Assembly: GCA_964022095.1 (NCBI GenBank)
Contig: CAXHZO010000011.1
Location: forward strand, 14,481 to 78,480
DNA: 64,000 bases
Direction of reading: 5' to 3'
Source: an uncultured Arcobacteraceae bacterium
GTDB taxonomy: Bacteria > Campylobacterota > Campylobacteria > Campylobacterales > Arcobacteraceae
Positions 41,414 to 52,628 of the stretch are shown one piece after another; position 1 is the first letter of the stretch; every line of letters starts with the position of its first letter. Both the position numbers and the translations under genes were made by a program. Under the pieces are notes generated by a model. It did no database searches. It had not been told where the DNA came from and worked only from the letters and a program-made list of their open reading frames with translations.

Positions 41414-42223
41414 CTATTGAACTCTTTTTAACCAAGCTGTATCTTTAAGCCATTTTTCATTTAAGTTGTCATAGAAACCTACAACTTTGTCTTCTTTTAC
41501 TTGTCTTAAGAAGTTGTTTAACCAGTTTAAGAAATCTGGATCACCTTTTCTAATTCCCCAACCTAATGGCTCATAAGTTAATGGTTCATCTAGGTGAACT
41601 AATTTTCCTTTTCCTTTATCACTCATAAATAAAATATTATATGGTTGGTCATATACAAAAGCATCTGCTTTTCCATTTAGTACTTCACTAGCGGCATCTG
41701 CTTCTGTTTCAAAAGTTACGATTTTTGCTTTTTTAAAGAATTTTCTTGTTGCAACTTCACCAGAAACACCAAGTTTAGTAACAATAGTATATTCAGGTTT
41801 ATCTAACTCTTTTGCACTTTTAGCAGAAAGACCTTTTTTCATCATAACAGTTTGTCCAACAACAACATATGGATCAGCAAAGTTAATTTTTAAGTTTCTT
41901 TGTTGAGAAATAGTCATACCAGACATGATGATATCACATTTTTCAGTTACAAGTGCAGCAATAATACCATCCCAAGCAGTAGGAAGTAATTTTAACTTAA
42001 CACCCATTTCTTTAGCCATTTTTTTAGCCATATCTACATCATAACCTATGATTCTTCCCTTTTTGTCTTTCATCTCAAAAGGCATATACCCAGGTTCTAA
42101 ACATACTTGTAATTCACCTCTTTGAATAATTTTATTCAATGTAGAATTCTTCCAAAGGTTAATATCAGCTGCAAACATATTTAATGTTGCAAAAGCCATC
42201 ATTGCTAGTACTATTTTTTTCAT
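41414..42223 (-). CDS. Amino-acid ABC transporter substrate-binding protein
   Basis: Signal peptide, PFE...GYDVD...WDGII...SGMT family-3 SBP pattern. Confidence 0.92.
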   Translation of the reverse strand: MKKIVLAMMAFATLNMFAADINLWKNSTLNKIIQRGELQVCLEPGYMPFEMKDKKGRIIGYDVDMAKKMAKEMGVKLKLLPTAWDGIIAALVTEKCDIIMSGMTISQQRNLKINFADPYVVVGQTVMMKKGLSAKSAKELDKPEYTIVTKLGVSGEVATRKFFKKAKIVTFETEADAASEVLNGKADAFVYDQPYNILFMSDKGKGKLVHLDEPLTYEPLGWGIRKGDPDFLNWLNNFLRQVKEDKVVGFYDNLNEKWLKDTAWLKRVQ

Positions 42224-42250
42224 TTTGTCTCCTTGTTTTTGTTAAATAAA

Positions 42251-42991
42251 TTAGTGAATTAAAATTTCATTTAGAAACTTTTTAGCTCTTTGACTTTTTG
42301 GGTTTTCAAAAAACTCTTTTGGTGTAGTTTCTTCAATAATTACACCCTCATCCATAAATACAATTCTATCTCCAACTTCTTTTGCAAAACCCATTTCATG
42401 AGTTACACAAACTATTGTAAAACTCTCTTTTGCTAAATCTTTCATAACTGAAAGCACATCACCAATAGTTTCAGGATCAAGTGCAGATGTTGGTTCATCA
42501 AAAAGTATAATCTTTGGTTTCATTGCTAAGCTTCTAGCTATTGCAACTCTTTGCTTTTGACCACCACTTAAATCACCTGGATATGAATCTGCTTTATGCT
42601 CAAGTTTAACTTTCTTTAATAAAGACATTGCTACTTCTTGTACATCAACCTTTTTCATATCTTTAACAAGTTGTGGGGCTAAAGTTATATTTTCTAAAAT
42701 TGTCAAATGGGGAAATAAATTAAAATGCTGAAATACCATTCCTACTTCACTTCTAATTGTTTGAAGATTTTTCTTTTTCTCATGAATATCAATATTGTCA
42801 ACAACTATATTTCCATTATCAATATCTTCTAAACCATTAATACAACGAATTAAAGTAGATTTTCCAGAACCACTAGGTCCACAAACTACAACAATTTCAC
42901 CTCGTGCTACACTAAAATCAATATCTTTTAATACATGAAAGTCATCATAATATTTATTGATTTTAGACATAGAGATTATGTTTTCTGCCAT
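42251..42991 (-). CDS. Amino-acid ABC transporter ATP-binding protein (GlnQ-like)
   Basis: [27 protein letters not shown]. Confidence 0.95.
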   Translation of the reverse strand: MAENIISMSKINKYYDDFHVLKDIDFSVARGEIVVVCGPSGSGKSTLIRCINGLEDIDNGNIVVDNIDIHEKKKNLQTIRSEVGMVFQHFNLFPHLTILENITLAPQLVKDMKKVDVQEVAMSLLKKVKLEHKADSYPGDLSGGQKQRVAIARSLAMKPKIILFDEPTSALDPETIGDVLSVMKDLAKESFTIVCVTHEMGFAKEVGDRIVFMDEGVIIEETTPKEFFENPKSQRAKKFLNEILIH

Positions 42992-43133
42992 AATACCTCT
43001 TTTTAAAATTTGCTAAGAGCAAATCATACAATAGATAATGTTAATTAAAAATATATTAAATACATAGTTTATATACAATTTAAATACAATTTAAATATTT
43101 TAGAATATAATCCATCTTTTTATTGGAGAAATC

Positions 43134-44015
43134 ATGATTATAAATAAACTGCAATCTTATAAAGCAGACTTATTACTATTGTCTGTTGCTATTGCATGGG
43201 GTGTTACATTTTTAATGGTTCAAGAAGCAATTGATACTACTCCTGTTTATTCATTTTTATTTTTTAGATTTTCATTAGCTTCACTTATTATGTTTGTTCT
43301 TGCTTATAAATTTTTTAGATTTTTTAATATGAAAACACTTTTATATGGAATCATTTTAGGAATATTTTTATTTTCTGCTTTTGCAACCCAAACATTTGGA
43401 CTAGCATATACAAGTAGTTCCATTGTTGCTTTTATCACAGGATTAAATGTAATTGTAGTTCCTTTTTTAGCATACTTACTTTTTAAAAATACCGTAAAAC
43501 TAAATGTATTTATAGCAACTATTCTTGCAGTAATTGGACTTTATATGCTAACTATGAGTGGAACATTAACATTTCAAAAAGGTGAATTTCTAACTTTAAT
43601 TTGTGCAATATTATTTGCACTACAAATTATATTCACTGGAAAATTTTCAAAAGAGGTAAATGTATTTTTATTAGTTTTAATTCAATTAATAACAGTTTCT
43701 GTTTTATCTCTTATTTTTTCACTTGGATTAGATAGTGCAACATTTGATATTCCATATGATTATGCATTTTTTAAAGCAGTTATTATTACTGCAATATTTG
43801 CTACAGTTTATGCTTTTTTAATACAAACATATATGCAACAATTCACAACAGCAACAAAAACTGCAATTATATTTACTATGGAGCCAGTAAGTGCTGGCGT
43901 GTTTGGATACTTTATTGCAAATGAACTACTAACATCAACTCAATTAATTGGTGCATCTATAATTATTTTTGCAACTTTACTTGCAGAAATTAAACTAAAA
44001 AAGAGAAATACATGA
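43134..44015 (+). CDS. EamA/DMT family transporter
   Basis: About 10 TM segments, WG...FRF...EPV EamA pattern. Confidence 0.88.
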   Translation: MIINKLQSYKADLLLLSVAIAWGVTFLMVQEAIDTTPVYSFLFFRFSLASLIMFVLAYKFFRFFNMKTLLYGIILGIFLFSAFATQTFGLAYTSSSIVAFITGLNVIVVPFLAYLLFKNTVKLNVFIATILAVIGLYMLTMSGTLTFQKGEFLTLICAILFALQIIFTGKFSKEVNVFLLVLIQLITVSVLSLIFSLGLDSATFDIPYDYAFFKAVIITAIFATVYAFLIQTYMQQFTTATKTAIIFTMEPVSAGVFGYFIANELLTSTQLIGASIIIFATLLAEIKLKKRNT

Positions 44016-44902
44016 ATTTATTTGGCGCATTAATTTTAACATTTGCAATGTTTATTTGGGGAAGTTCTTTTATTGCTTTAAAAATAGCAATGCAAGACAT
44101 TGGACCACTAACAGTTATATTTTTTAGAATGCTAATTGCATCATTGTGTTTTGTATATTTTATAAAGAGTTTTTTACAATTTAATTTTAATAAAAAAAAT
44201 ATACGATTATTACTTTTATTAGCTTTTTTTGAGCCTTGCTTATACTTTATATTTGAAGCAAAAGCATTACAACTAACAACTGTTTCTCAAGCAGGAATGA
44301 TTACCTCACTTTTACCTATTATTGTAGGAGTTGCAGCAGGATATTTTCTAAAAGAGAAAATCACACTAAGACTTGTAATAGGTGCACTAATAGCCTTAAG
44401 TGGAGCAGTTTTACTTAGCTCAAATGCGACAATCTCAACACAAGCTCCAAATCCAGCTCTTGGAAACTTCTTTGAATTTTTAGCAATGGCTTGTGGTGCA
44501 GGATATACAATAGTTGCACGATATCTTACAAAAGAGTTTTCAGCCTTGTTTATCACTGCATTTCAAGTATTTATTGGTGTAGTTTTCTTTTTTCCAATGT
44601 TTATTTATGAAAGTATGACTATGGAAATGAACTATACGTTTGATGCTATTAGTTCACTATTTTATTTAGGTGTAGTTGTAACACTTGCAGGGTATGGATT
44701 ATATAATTATGCCCTAACAAAAATAGAAGCTTCAAAAGCTGCTATTTTTATATATTTAATTCCTATTTTTTCATTAATATTAGCAAATTTAATACTACAT
44801 GAAAAAATTACTATTTTAGAGCTTGTAGCATCGGCTATAATACTATTTGGAGTATTTATTAGTGAATTTCCTATAAAGAGGTTTATGAAAAACAAAGCAT
44901 AA
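44012..44902 (+). CDS. EamA/DMT family transporter
   Basis: IWGSSF, FLKEKI, LHEKI repeats. Confidence 0.88.
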   Translation: MNLFGALILTFAMFIWGSSFIALKIAMQDIGPLTVIFFRMLIASLCFVYFIKSFLQFNFNKKNIRLLLLLAFFEPCLYFIFEAKALQLTTVSQAGMITSLLPIIVGVAAGYFLKEKITLRLVIGALIALSGAVLLSSNATISTQAPNPALGNFFEFLAMACGAGYTIVARYLTKEFSALFITAFQVFIGVVFFFPMFIYESMTMEMNYTFDAISSLFYLGVVVTLAGYGLYNYALTKIEASKAAIFIYLIPIFSLILANLILHEKITILELVASAIILFGVFISEFPIKRFMKNKA

Positions 44903-44963
44903 TGCTTTTTTCATGCGACTTTTAACTGCTAAAATTTTTAAGAAAAATTAAAGGAGTTAAGAG

Positions 44964-46076
44964 ATGAGTAAGTTTTTGTATATTACAGACCAAAACGAAT
45001 TTACTGACCACAGTTTTATAGGCCCTTTATTCCAAAAATACTTAACAAAACATTTTGATATTAATACAACATTTTTTTCAGATTATAAATTTGATATTGA
45101 GATTCAAGATAATGGAACAATTGTTATTCCAGAAAAGTTTAAAGGTAATATCCTAAAAGAATTAGAAAATGCAGGTGTTGATTTGTCAAGTTATGATTTT
45201 GTTGTTGTAAGAAATAGTACTAATTTATTAAAAGAAGTACTAAAAAAAAGACTATCTTACAATTTCAAAGTAGGATTTAGACTATCTTTTCCAAAAAGAA
45301 TCGCAAAACTTCAAACAGATGAAGCAAATAATAAAAAGTCTTTAATTGATGTTATTAGTAATAAAGTAAAAACATATGGAGAAATAGGACTTATAAATGA
45401 ATGTGATATTTTCTTACCCACTTCATTTAAAATGAAAAATGATTACTTCAAAGATGTAAAAGTTAGAAGTTTCGTTATCCCTTCTGCAATTGACCCTGAT
45501 AATTTACATACTAATGTTCAACATGAAGGAAGTGAAAAAAGATTTTTCTATGCAGGAACACTTGATAAACTTAGAGAATTTGAAACTATATTAGAAGCAT
45601 TCTCTAGTATAAATAGTTCTAATTACAAACTTATGATTTCTACAAAAGATCCGGCTTATTTAAATAAACTTATAAAAGAGTATTCAGTTCTTGAAAATAA
45701 TATTGAAGTATATGAAGCAAAAACAAGAAAACAGCTATTAGAAGTTATTGCAAAAGCAGATATTGGACTTGCTACACTTCCTGATATAGAATTATTTAAT
45801 AGTTCAACTCCTATGAAGGTACTAGATTACTATTCAAGTGCAATTCCATGTATTATGAGCGGAAATGAAAATAATGCTTCTATATTTGAAGACAATGAAA
45901 GCGCCTGGTTTGTAAACTTCAATGAAGACTCAATTAGAGAAAAACTTGAATATATAATTTCACTTTCAAAAGATGATGTTACAAAAGTAGGAGTTAATGG
46001 TCAAAATAGATTATTAGCAGTAAGAAATTATGAAAGAATTGCAGCTGACTTAGCACATCAATTAAATATATTATAG
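44964..46076 (+). CDS. GT-B (family 4-like) glycosyltransferase
   Basis: FYAGTL...ADIGL...[10 protein letters not shown]. Confidence 0.75.
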   Translation: MSKFLYITDQNEFTDHSFIGPLFQKYLTKHFDINTTFFSDYKFDIEIQDNGTIVIPEKFKGNILKELENAGVDLSSYDFVVVRNSTNLLKEVLKKRLSYNFKVGFRLSFPKRIAKLQTDEANNKKSLIDVISNKVKTYGEIGLINECDIFLPTSFKMKNDYFKDVKVRSFVIPSAIDPDNLHTNVQHEGSEKRFFYAGTLDKLREFETILEAFSSINSSNYKLMISTKDPAYLNKLIKEYSVLENNIEVYEAKTRKQLLEVIAKADIGLATLPDIELFNSSTPMKVLDYYSSAIPCIMSGNENNASIFEDNESAWFVNFNEDSIREKLEYIISLSKDDVTKVGVNGQNRLLAVRNYERIAADLAHQLNIL

Positions 46077-46084
46077 GAAAATTT

Positions 46085-47356
46085 ATGAACAAAAACTCAC
46101 TTGTAATTTCATTCGTAGCTATAGTATCAATAGTATTATTAACTCTTTTAAATAAAGAAGCAACTAATGTTGCTATTGGTATTTCTGTTTTATCTGTATT
46201 AATAATAATAGGTTTAAACTTTTTTCTTAGAGAAAAAACAACAAATGAAATTGTCCAAGAAGAAGTTGTGCAAGAAGAATCTATAGATGATGTTTTCTTA
46301 GATGAGATACTAGAAGTTACTAAACAATCTTCTAATGGTGAATATGACATTAGGATTACGAAAAATGGTAGTGATGAAAAACTTCAATTAATTGCAAATA
46401 ATATTAATAATACTTTAGATCAATTTAGAAAATCTATTGATTCTATTAAATTATTTATGGAAAAATATCATCAAAATGACTTTACAATTCAGATTGAAAA
46501 TAGTTACGACAATGATTTAAAAGAGATGGTTGATGAAATAAATCAAGTAAACATCAAAATATCAAAAATGTTATTAAGTAGTTTAAAAAATAATACAAAA
46601 TTAAATGCAAACTCTGATGAACTAAAAGCAAACATGGACTCATTAGGAGATAGTGTTATTCAACAATCTGCAACACTAGAAGAAACAGCAGCAGCAATTG
46701 ATGAGATCACAAGTACAGTAATTAATAACAATAAAAGTGTAAATGATATGCTTCAATATTCTGAAAAGCTGAGTGCTTCTATTGATAAGGGATACTCAAA
46801 TGCTAGAGAAAATGCACAATTAATGGATGGGATAAGTGAAAAGACAAATGCAATAGAAGAAGCAATTGTAATTATTGATCAAATAGCATTCCAAACAAAT
46901 ATTCTATCTCTAAATGCAGCAGTTGAGGCTGCAACAGCAGGAGAAGCTGGAAAAGGTTTTGCTGTAGTTGCACAAGAAGTTAGAAATCTAGCTTCAAGAA
47001 GTGCTGAAGCTGCAAATGAAATAAAAAAATTAGTAAATGATGCTACAGAAGTTACACAACAAGGTAAAAATGCTTCAAATGATATGATAAATGAATACAC
47101 AATTATTAATGAAAATATTGATAAAACAAAAAGTGTTATTAATGAAGTTTCAAACTCTTTAAAAGAGCAAGAAAGAGGAATTGCACAAATTAATGACGCA
47201 GTATCTCAACTAGACAAAACAACTCAAGAAAATACTATAAGAGCACAAAATACACTACAAGTCGCAAATATAAATCATGAAATGGCTAAAAAAATGGTAG
47301 AAGATACAAATAAAACTAATTTTTTTGGAAGAGATGATTCTAATTCTAAAAATTAA
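46085..47356 (+). CDS. Methyl-accepting chemotaxis protein
   Basis: [34 protein letters not shown] signalling domain; two adjacent TM segments. Confidence 0.95.
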   Translation: MNKNSLVISFVAIVSIVLLTLLNKEATNVAIGISVLSVLIIIGLNFFLREKTTNEIVQEEVVQEESIDDVFLDEILEVTKQSSNGEYDIRITKNGSDEKLQLIANNINNTLDQFRKSIDSIKLFMEKYHQNDFTIQIENSYDNDLKEMVDEINQVNIKISKMLLSSLKNNTKLNANSDELKANMDSLGDSVIQQSATLEETAAAIDEITSTVINNNKSVNDMLQYSEKLSASIDKGYSNARENAQLMDGISEKTNAIEEAIVIIDQIAFQTNILSLNAAVEAATAGEAGKGFAVVAQEVRNLASRSAEAANEIKKLVNDATEVTQQGKNASNDMINEYTIINENIDKTKSVINEVSNSLKEQERGIAQINDAVSQLDKTTQENTIRAQNTLQVANINHEMAKKMVEDTNKTNFFGRDDSNSKN

Positions 47357-47381
47357 AAACTAGAGAAATTCTCTAGTTTTT
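47355..47381. terminator. Bidirectional terminator related to the CRISPR-flanking repeat
   Basis: AAAAACTAGAGA-AAT-TCTCTAGTTTTT. Confidence 0.8.
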
Positions 47382-48420
47382 ATCTCAACGATATATTTAA
47401 AATCTTATCGTAATAACCTTGCTGATTATAGTATGTTGAATCAACTGGATTTACATACTCTTTTTTGCCATTAATTATATTTGTTCTAACATGAACCACT
47501 AATTTATCTAAATTTTTTATACTAATTTCTAGCTTGATGATTTTTTCTTCATTAGCTCTCCATTTATTACTCCAACCTTCACTTAAAAGATATGAAGACC
47601 TAACTGTTTTCCTAATTTCTCTATTCCAAATTTTTGTGCCTTTTTTATAAAGGTTCACTTTATTAAATCCTATTTTCTCACTTTTTAGAACTCTAGAAGT
47701 AGTTACAAACTGAGGAAAAGATACTGAAATCCCACCTTTCCCATCATCAACTAAATTTGTTGATTTAACTGTTAGTATAAGTTTATTTCCAACTATTTCG
47801 TGTGAAGTTTTTAAATCAACTTTATTATTACTATTTACTAAGTCTCTTTTTTTATTTTCACTAGCTACAAATTTTTGGGCATCTTTGTAGTGATTAAATT
47901 TTTTTAGTGGAACAATATATGATTCACCATCTTTTTCAAACTCTCCATAAATATACATAAAGCCTCTATTTGCCGTTCCACCATATTGATTTGATACAAC
48001 TAAATATGCAGCTTTCTTACAAGTTGCGTCTAAATTTGGTGCAAGTTTTTGACAAGTCTCTTTTGATATATTTTTTCTTACTTGATATGCCTCAAAGTAG
48101 TTTTGTTTTTGTGTTAAACATTCTTTTACATTTATTATTGATAATCCATATCCATAAGTAGTGCCATTGTATGCTTCTCCTTTATACCATTTGATATTTC
48201 CCTCAAAGTATTTTCCAGGGTTTTGAGTAAAAGCATCTTCTACTGATTTATTAATCCTAAATTTTGTTTGATAATACTCAGGATAAGACTCTACAAAATC
48301 ATCTTGAAATGTAAAACAGCCATAAGAAAGAGATTTCCCTTTATGTTCCCAAGTTTGATTTTCTGTAGCATTTAATAAAGATACTAGCATCAGTAAAATT
48401 GTAAAGACTGATTTTTTCAT
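47380..48420 (-). CDS. Uncharacterised exported protein (346 aa)
   Basis: Signal peptide MKKSVFTILLMLVSLLNA; AAGGAA RBS; no recognised domain. Confidence 0.75.
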   Translation of the reverse strand: MKKSVFTILLMLVSLLNATENQTWEHKGKSLSYGCFTFQDDFVESYPEYYQTKFRINKSVEDAFTQNPGKYFEGNIKWYKGEAYNGTTYGYGLSIINVKECLTQKQNYFEAYQVRKNISKETCQKLAPNLDATCKKAAYLVVSNQYGGTANRGFMYIYGEFEKDGESYIVPLKKFNHYKDAQKFVASENKKRDLVNSNNKVDLKTSHEIVGNKLILTVKSTNLVDDGKGGISVSFPQFVTTSRVLKSEKIGFNKVNLYKKGTKIWNREIRKTVRSSYLLSEGWSNKWRANEEKIIKLEISIKNLDKLVVHVRTNIINGKKEYVNPVDSTYYNQQGYYDKILNISLR

Positions 48421-48447
48421 TATATTCCTTGTGTAAAAAATTAATAG

Positions 48448-48485
48448 ATTTTACCAAAGAAATGACTCACAAATGACTCAATTTA
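48448..48485 (-). promoter_or_regulatory. Promoter with tandem TGAGTCA-N4-TGAGTCA element 6 nt upstream of an extended -10 (TGGTAAAAT)
   Basis: 24/25 identical to the element upstream of cas9. Confidence 0.75.
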
Positions 48486-48493
48486 TAGATTAT

Positions 48494-49294
48494 TTACTTT
48501 TTTTCCCAAGAAATCACTGCCCAGTATACATAATCTGATTCATTTTTCTTTTCTAAGTCTAAACTATTATAATAATTTGATAGTCTTTTTACCTCATCAT
48601 CACTAAGTCCATCTATACTCCATGAAACTGACTGTATAAACTTTTCTTTTGAAGTATATATTGTATTTCGTCCTTCACTTCTTATAAAGTTTACACTTGC
48701 ATTTATTCCCATACTATAAAGAATATTTATAAGATAAATATAATCAGGTTTTTTTATAATCTTTTTTTCTAAAACATCAAGTATCTCATCAGATACAAAT
48801 GACCCACCTACTTTGTATGTAAGTACAACTTTTTTATTTGCTTTGTCATTTAGTTTATTTAGCGCTTCTTTCATATCTTTTACTTCCATAGACCTTGAAG
48901 CAATTACTAAGTCTGCATTAGGAATACCTTCCCAAGTATCATACCAAGAGCTATTTATGGCTTTAATATTTAATATATTTTGATCAATGGCATTTTTTTC
49001 TAAAACTTCTAACATACCTTTTGAGTAATCTAAACTATAAACTTGTTTTAATTTTGGTGCAAGTTTTAAAGATAAATTTCCAACACCACAACCAACATCG
49101 AGTAAACTATCAATTCCCTCTAAATCAAGTAAATCTAAAAACTCTTCATTGTAAATTGATTTATGAACTCTTTGATTCATCGAATCAGCTTTTTTATCCC
49201 AATCATCACTATTTTTTGCTTTAAATGATGTCTTTGCTTTTTGGTTTATATAAAGTTTATTAAAATCGATATCTTCAAAATTTTTATATTCCAT
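48494..49294 (-). CDS. Class I SAM-dependent methyltransferase
   Basis: LLDVGCGVG, LDYSKGML. Confidence 0.88.
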   Translation of the reverse strand: MEYKNFEDIDFNKLYINQKAKTSFKAKNSDDWDKKADSMNQRVHKSIYNEEFLDLLDLEGIDSLLDVGCGVGNLSLKLAPKLKQVYSLDYSKGMLEVLEKNAIDQNILNIKAINSSWYDTWEGIPNADLVIASRSMEVKDMKEALNKLNDKANKKVVLTYKVGGSFVSDEILDVLEKKIIKKPDYIYLINILYSMGINASVNFIRSEGRNTIYTSKEKFIQSVSWSIDGLSDDEVKRLSNYYNSLDLEKKNESDYVYWAVISWEKK

Positions 49295-51397
49295 TTATGA
49301 TTCCTTTGATAAATACTCATACAAATACAAGTAAGCTCTTAGCTGTTTTAAACTATCAAGTTTTATTCCAGCTTCTATCCACTGTTTTATCTCATTTGGA
49401 ATTTCAAGTGGTTTTAGTAACTCTTGTTTTTTCTCAATTGATATTTTCTCATGCTCAGTTAAAAGTGAAATATGAGATAAAATAGAAGTAATACCTAAAT
49501 CTCTTTTTTGGGCTATTTCTTCTACGCTACTTCCTTCTAAAACTAACTCATAGGTATCAAGGTATGTTTTTGTTAGTTTTTTAAGTGGTGCTTTGTTTTC
49601 TAGTTTTTCACTAAATTCTTCTTTTATACTTTTTGATAAGTCTAAAAAAGCTTCTCCATATTTTTCATATTTTACAAGCCCTACTCCATTTATATCTAAG
49701 ATCTCTTCTTTAGAAGTTGGAAGTTTTAAAGCAAACTCTTTTAAACTCTTATCTCCAAATATCACATAAGCTGGAACTTCATGCTCTTGTGCAATCTCTC
49801 GTCTAAGTGTTCTAAATCTTTCATAGAGTTGCTCATCAAAACTAAGCACTTCTTCACTTTGTTCTAACTTCTGTGCAATTCCTAGTTTATCACTATCCAT
49901 TAAAAGTTTTTCATTTCCTTTTAGGATATTCATTCCAAGATTGTTTAGTTTTAAAACTCTAAATTCTCCTAATGTAACTGCTTGCATATCTATTAATTTA
50001 TCTGCTATTGCAAGCCATTCATTTTTACTTTTATCTTGCCCTATTCCATAAACTTTTAATTTGTCATGTCCAAACTCTAAAAGCTTTTGATTTTTCGAAC
50101 CTCTTAAAATGTCTATTATGTGATTTGTTCCAAATCTTTGTTCACTTCTATATATAGCACTTAAAAATTTTTGAGCATCAACACTTACATCAACTAGTTC
50201 TACTTCACCTTTAGTACAATTATCACATAAAGTCTCACAATCAGGTATTTCATCTTCAAAATAAGAAGCTATGATCTTATGTCTACAGTTATTTGATACA
50301 CAATATCTATACATAGCTTCTAGCTTATCAAGTCCAGTTTGCTTGTATGAATTATCTATTGCTTCTTGGATTTGTAACTTTCTTTTTACCTCATCACCTT
50401 TTGAATAAAGTAAATATACATAAGACATCTCTCCATCTCTTCCAGCACGTCCTATTTCTTGATAGTAGTTTTCAAGTGTTTTTGGTAAACTTGTATGGAT
50501 TACAAACCTAATATTTGATTTATCAATTCCCATCCCAAAAGCAATGGTAGCAACTACAATATCAATCTTTTCGTATACAAAATCATCATATACTTCATCT
50601 TTGACATTTGGACTCAATCCTGCGTGATATGCCTTTGATCTATAACCATTTTCACTTAAAAACTGTGCTGTACTTTCTGCTTCTTTTCTAGTAAAGGTAT
50701 AAATAATTCCACATAATCCTTTGTGTATTTTTAGGAAATTTAGTATTTGTGTTTTACCATTTGCAATTCGAGGCTCACACTTTATATCAATATTATCTCT
50801 TATAGTTTTTGCTCTAAAGTGCCTTGCATTTTCTAAGTTCAAATTTGATGCAATATCAGCTTCTACTTTTTTAGTTGCAGTTGCAGTGAAAGCACAAATA
50901 GGAGTATTTGGAAAAAATCTTTTTAACTTATCAAGATTTCTATACTCTGCCCTAAACTCGTGTCCCCAAGCTGATACACAGTGAGCTTCATCTATTACAA
51001 AGTAATTGATATTTATTCGTTGTAGTACTCCTACAAACTCATTTGAAGTAAATCTCTCAGGAGCTACATAGATAAACTTTAAATCACCATTTAAAAGCTT
51101 TTGCATAGTAAAACTATTTTCATCATTTGATTGTGATGAACTTATCATTTCTGCACTAATATCCAAATCATTTAAAGCTTTTATTTGATCTTGCATAAGT
51201 GCAATAAGTGGAGAGATTACAACTGTAACTCCACTCATAAGTAGTGTTGGGAGTTGATAACAAAGTGATTTACCACCACCAGTAGGTAAGATTGTCAATA
51301 CATCTTGTTTATTTAAAATAGTATCAACAACATCTTCTTGAAAACTTCTAAAGCCATCATGACCAAAAGTTTCTTTTAGTATTTTATATTTATTCAT
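49295..51397 (-). CDS. recQ: DNA helicase RecQ
   Basis: PTGGGKS, DEAH, QEIGRAGRDG, Zn-binding CDNC, RQC and HRDC domains. Confidence 0.97.
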   Translation of the reverse strand: MNKYKILKETFGHDGFRSFQEDVVDTILNKQDVLTILPTGGGKSLCYQLPTLLMSGVTVVISPLIALMQDQIKALNDLDISAEMISSSQSNDENSFTMQKLLNGDLKFIYVAPERFTSNEFVGVLQRININYFVIDEAHCVSAWGHEFRAEYRNLDKLKRFFPNTPICAFTATATKKVEADIASNLNLENARHFRAKTIRDNIDIKCEPRIANGKTQILNFLKIHKGLCGIIYTFTRKEAESTAQFLSENGYRSKAYHAGLSPNVKDEVYDDFVYEKIDIVVATIAFGMGIDKSNIRFVIHTSLPKTLENYYQEIGRAGRDGEMSYVYLLYSKGDEVKRKLQIQEAIDNSYKQTGLDKLEAMYRYCVSNNCRHKIIASYFEDEIPDCETLCDNCTKGEVELVDVSVDAQKFLSAIYRSEQRFGTNHIIDILRGSKNQKLLEFGHDKLKVYGIGQDKSKNEWLAIADKLIDMQAVTLGEFRVLKLNNLGMNILKGNEKLLMDSDKLGIAQKLEQSEEVLSFDEQLYERFRTLRREIAQEHEVPAYVIFGDKSLKEFALKLPTSKEEILDINGVGLVKYEKYGEAFLDLSKSIKEEFSEKLENKAPLKKLTKTYLDTYELVLEGSSVEEIAQKRDLGITSILSHISLLTEHEKISIEKKQELLKPLEIPNEIKQWIEAGIKLDSLKQLRAYLYLYEYLSKES

Positions 51398-51448
51398 GGT
51401 GTGATGTTAGCATAGATTAAATTCTATTTACTTGATAAACTCTTATAT

Positions 51449-52588
51449 TTAATCAGCTAATTTACCACCTCTTTTATAATTTTCCAATTGAGGTTTAATC
51501 ATCTTCCATGCTCTTTTTACTTCATTCAAATATTCAATATGTAAATTTGTACTTACAACGCTCTCAATTCCCCTAGTGTCAGGTTCTTCATTTTTTATCT
51601 TTCCTAATGCAATTTCTGCTTCAAGCATAATCTTTACAGCATCATTCATGAAAATATCAGCATTATAATTATACTCTGACCTTACTCTAAATATTTCATA
51701 TATTGTACAACTTAACCAAAACATTCTAATTGGAGGTTGAGGGTGAGTTTCTTTATCTTGATTAAAATAATTCCATTCATGAAAATCAAATAATCTAAAC
51801 AAAATATAAGTTGAAAAAACTACTGTTTTAGTAGATATTCTTTTATCCGAATAAGAAGAATTAAACGCAGCTAGAATATTTGGATCAACTCCATCTCTAG
51901 AAGATAAATTCATTAACTTAAATGATTCATTTAATACTTTTAAAATTGCACCACTATCTGCATCCATTTCAAGTGCTTGATGAATAACTGGATCGAGTTT
52001 TTTTCTACCAGTATCCATTGCTTCTTGATAATATGAATAATTTAGTTCTTCTTTTATATATTCTAAATGACCATTTCGCAAGTGAGTAATTTCATGATAA
52101 AAAAGAAATTTTAGTGCTGTCATCATTAAATTACTTGAGTAGATATTTCGAATAGGACAATTGGGAATACATGACATATTTTGTGTTTTCATTACATCTG
52201 TTGATAAATATGAAATATAAGTTCTTTCTTCTTTTTCTAATGTAATATTACCTACATTAAGTAAATTGTCAGGGTGTGATAAAATTCGTCCAAAAATATC
52301 AAGTAATGAGAATATTGTTCCAATATTAATCCCAACAAAATCAAAAGGTTTTTCTTCTTCTTGAGGAGAAGCATAAGCAAATGCATTGAAATTTGTATTT
52401 TCAATAATTCCATAAGAGATTTTTCTAGGTTTGTCTTTATAAAGTTCTTGCTCTACCTCAACTATCAAACGATCAAAAATAGAATTTATTGTTTCAAACA
52501 TTTTAATTGTTTTAATTGAATGTTCACTATCAAGAACAAATAATCCTCCTTTTGATTCAATAATTCTTTCTAGTTCAGTATTTATCAT
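51449..52588 (-). CDS. Putative zinc metalloprotease, Lit/peptidase U49-like (start uncertain)
   Basis: FNAFA, YHEITHLRNGH, LEMDAD, THP motifs. Confidence 0.6.
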   Translation of the reverse strand: MINTELERIIESKGGLFVLDSEHSIKTIKMFETINSIFDRLIVEVEQELYKDKPRKISYGIIENTNFNAFAYASPQEEEKPFDFVGINIGTIFSLLDIFGRILSHPDNLLNVGNITLEKEERTYISYLSTDVMKTQNMSCIPNCPIRNIYSSNLMMTALKFLFYHEITHLRNGHLEYIKEELNYSYYQEAMDTGRKKLDPVIHQALEMDADSGAILKVLNESFKLMNLSSRDGVDPNILAAFNSSYSDKRISTKTVVFSTYILFRLFDFHEWNYFNQDKETHPQPPIRMFWLSCTIYEIFRVRSEYNYNADIFMNDAVKIMLEAEIALGKIKNEEPDTRGIESVVSTNLHIEYLNEVKRAWKMIKPQLENYKRGGKLAD

Positions 52589-52628
52589 TGATGGTGGGAG
52601 TAGGTAAAATCTTTTTCATTATAACTCT

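Noticed and set aside
52594-52611. Minus-strand GATTTTACCTACTCCCA resembles the CRISPR repeat 5' end (14/17), suggesting a tracrRNA-pairing host RNA
   Set aside because: Two mismatches fall in the critical GTTTTAAC lower stem, and a match of this quality is plausible by chance in AT-rich DNA
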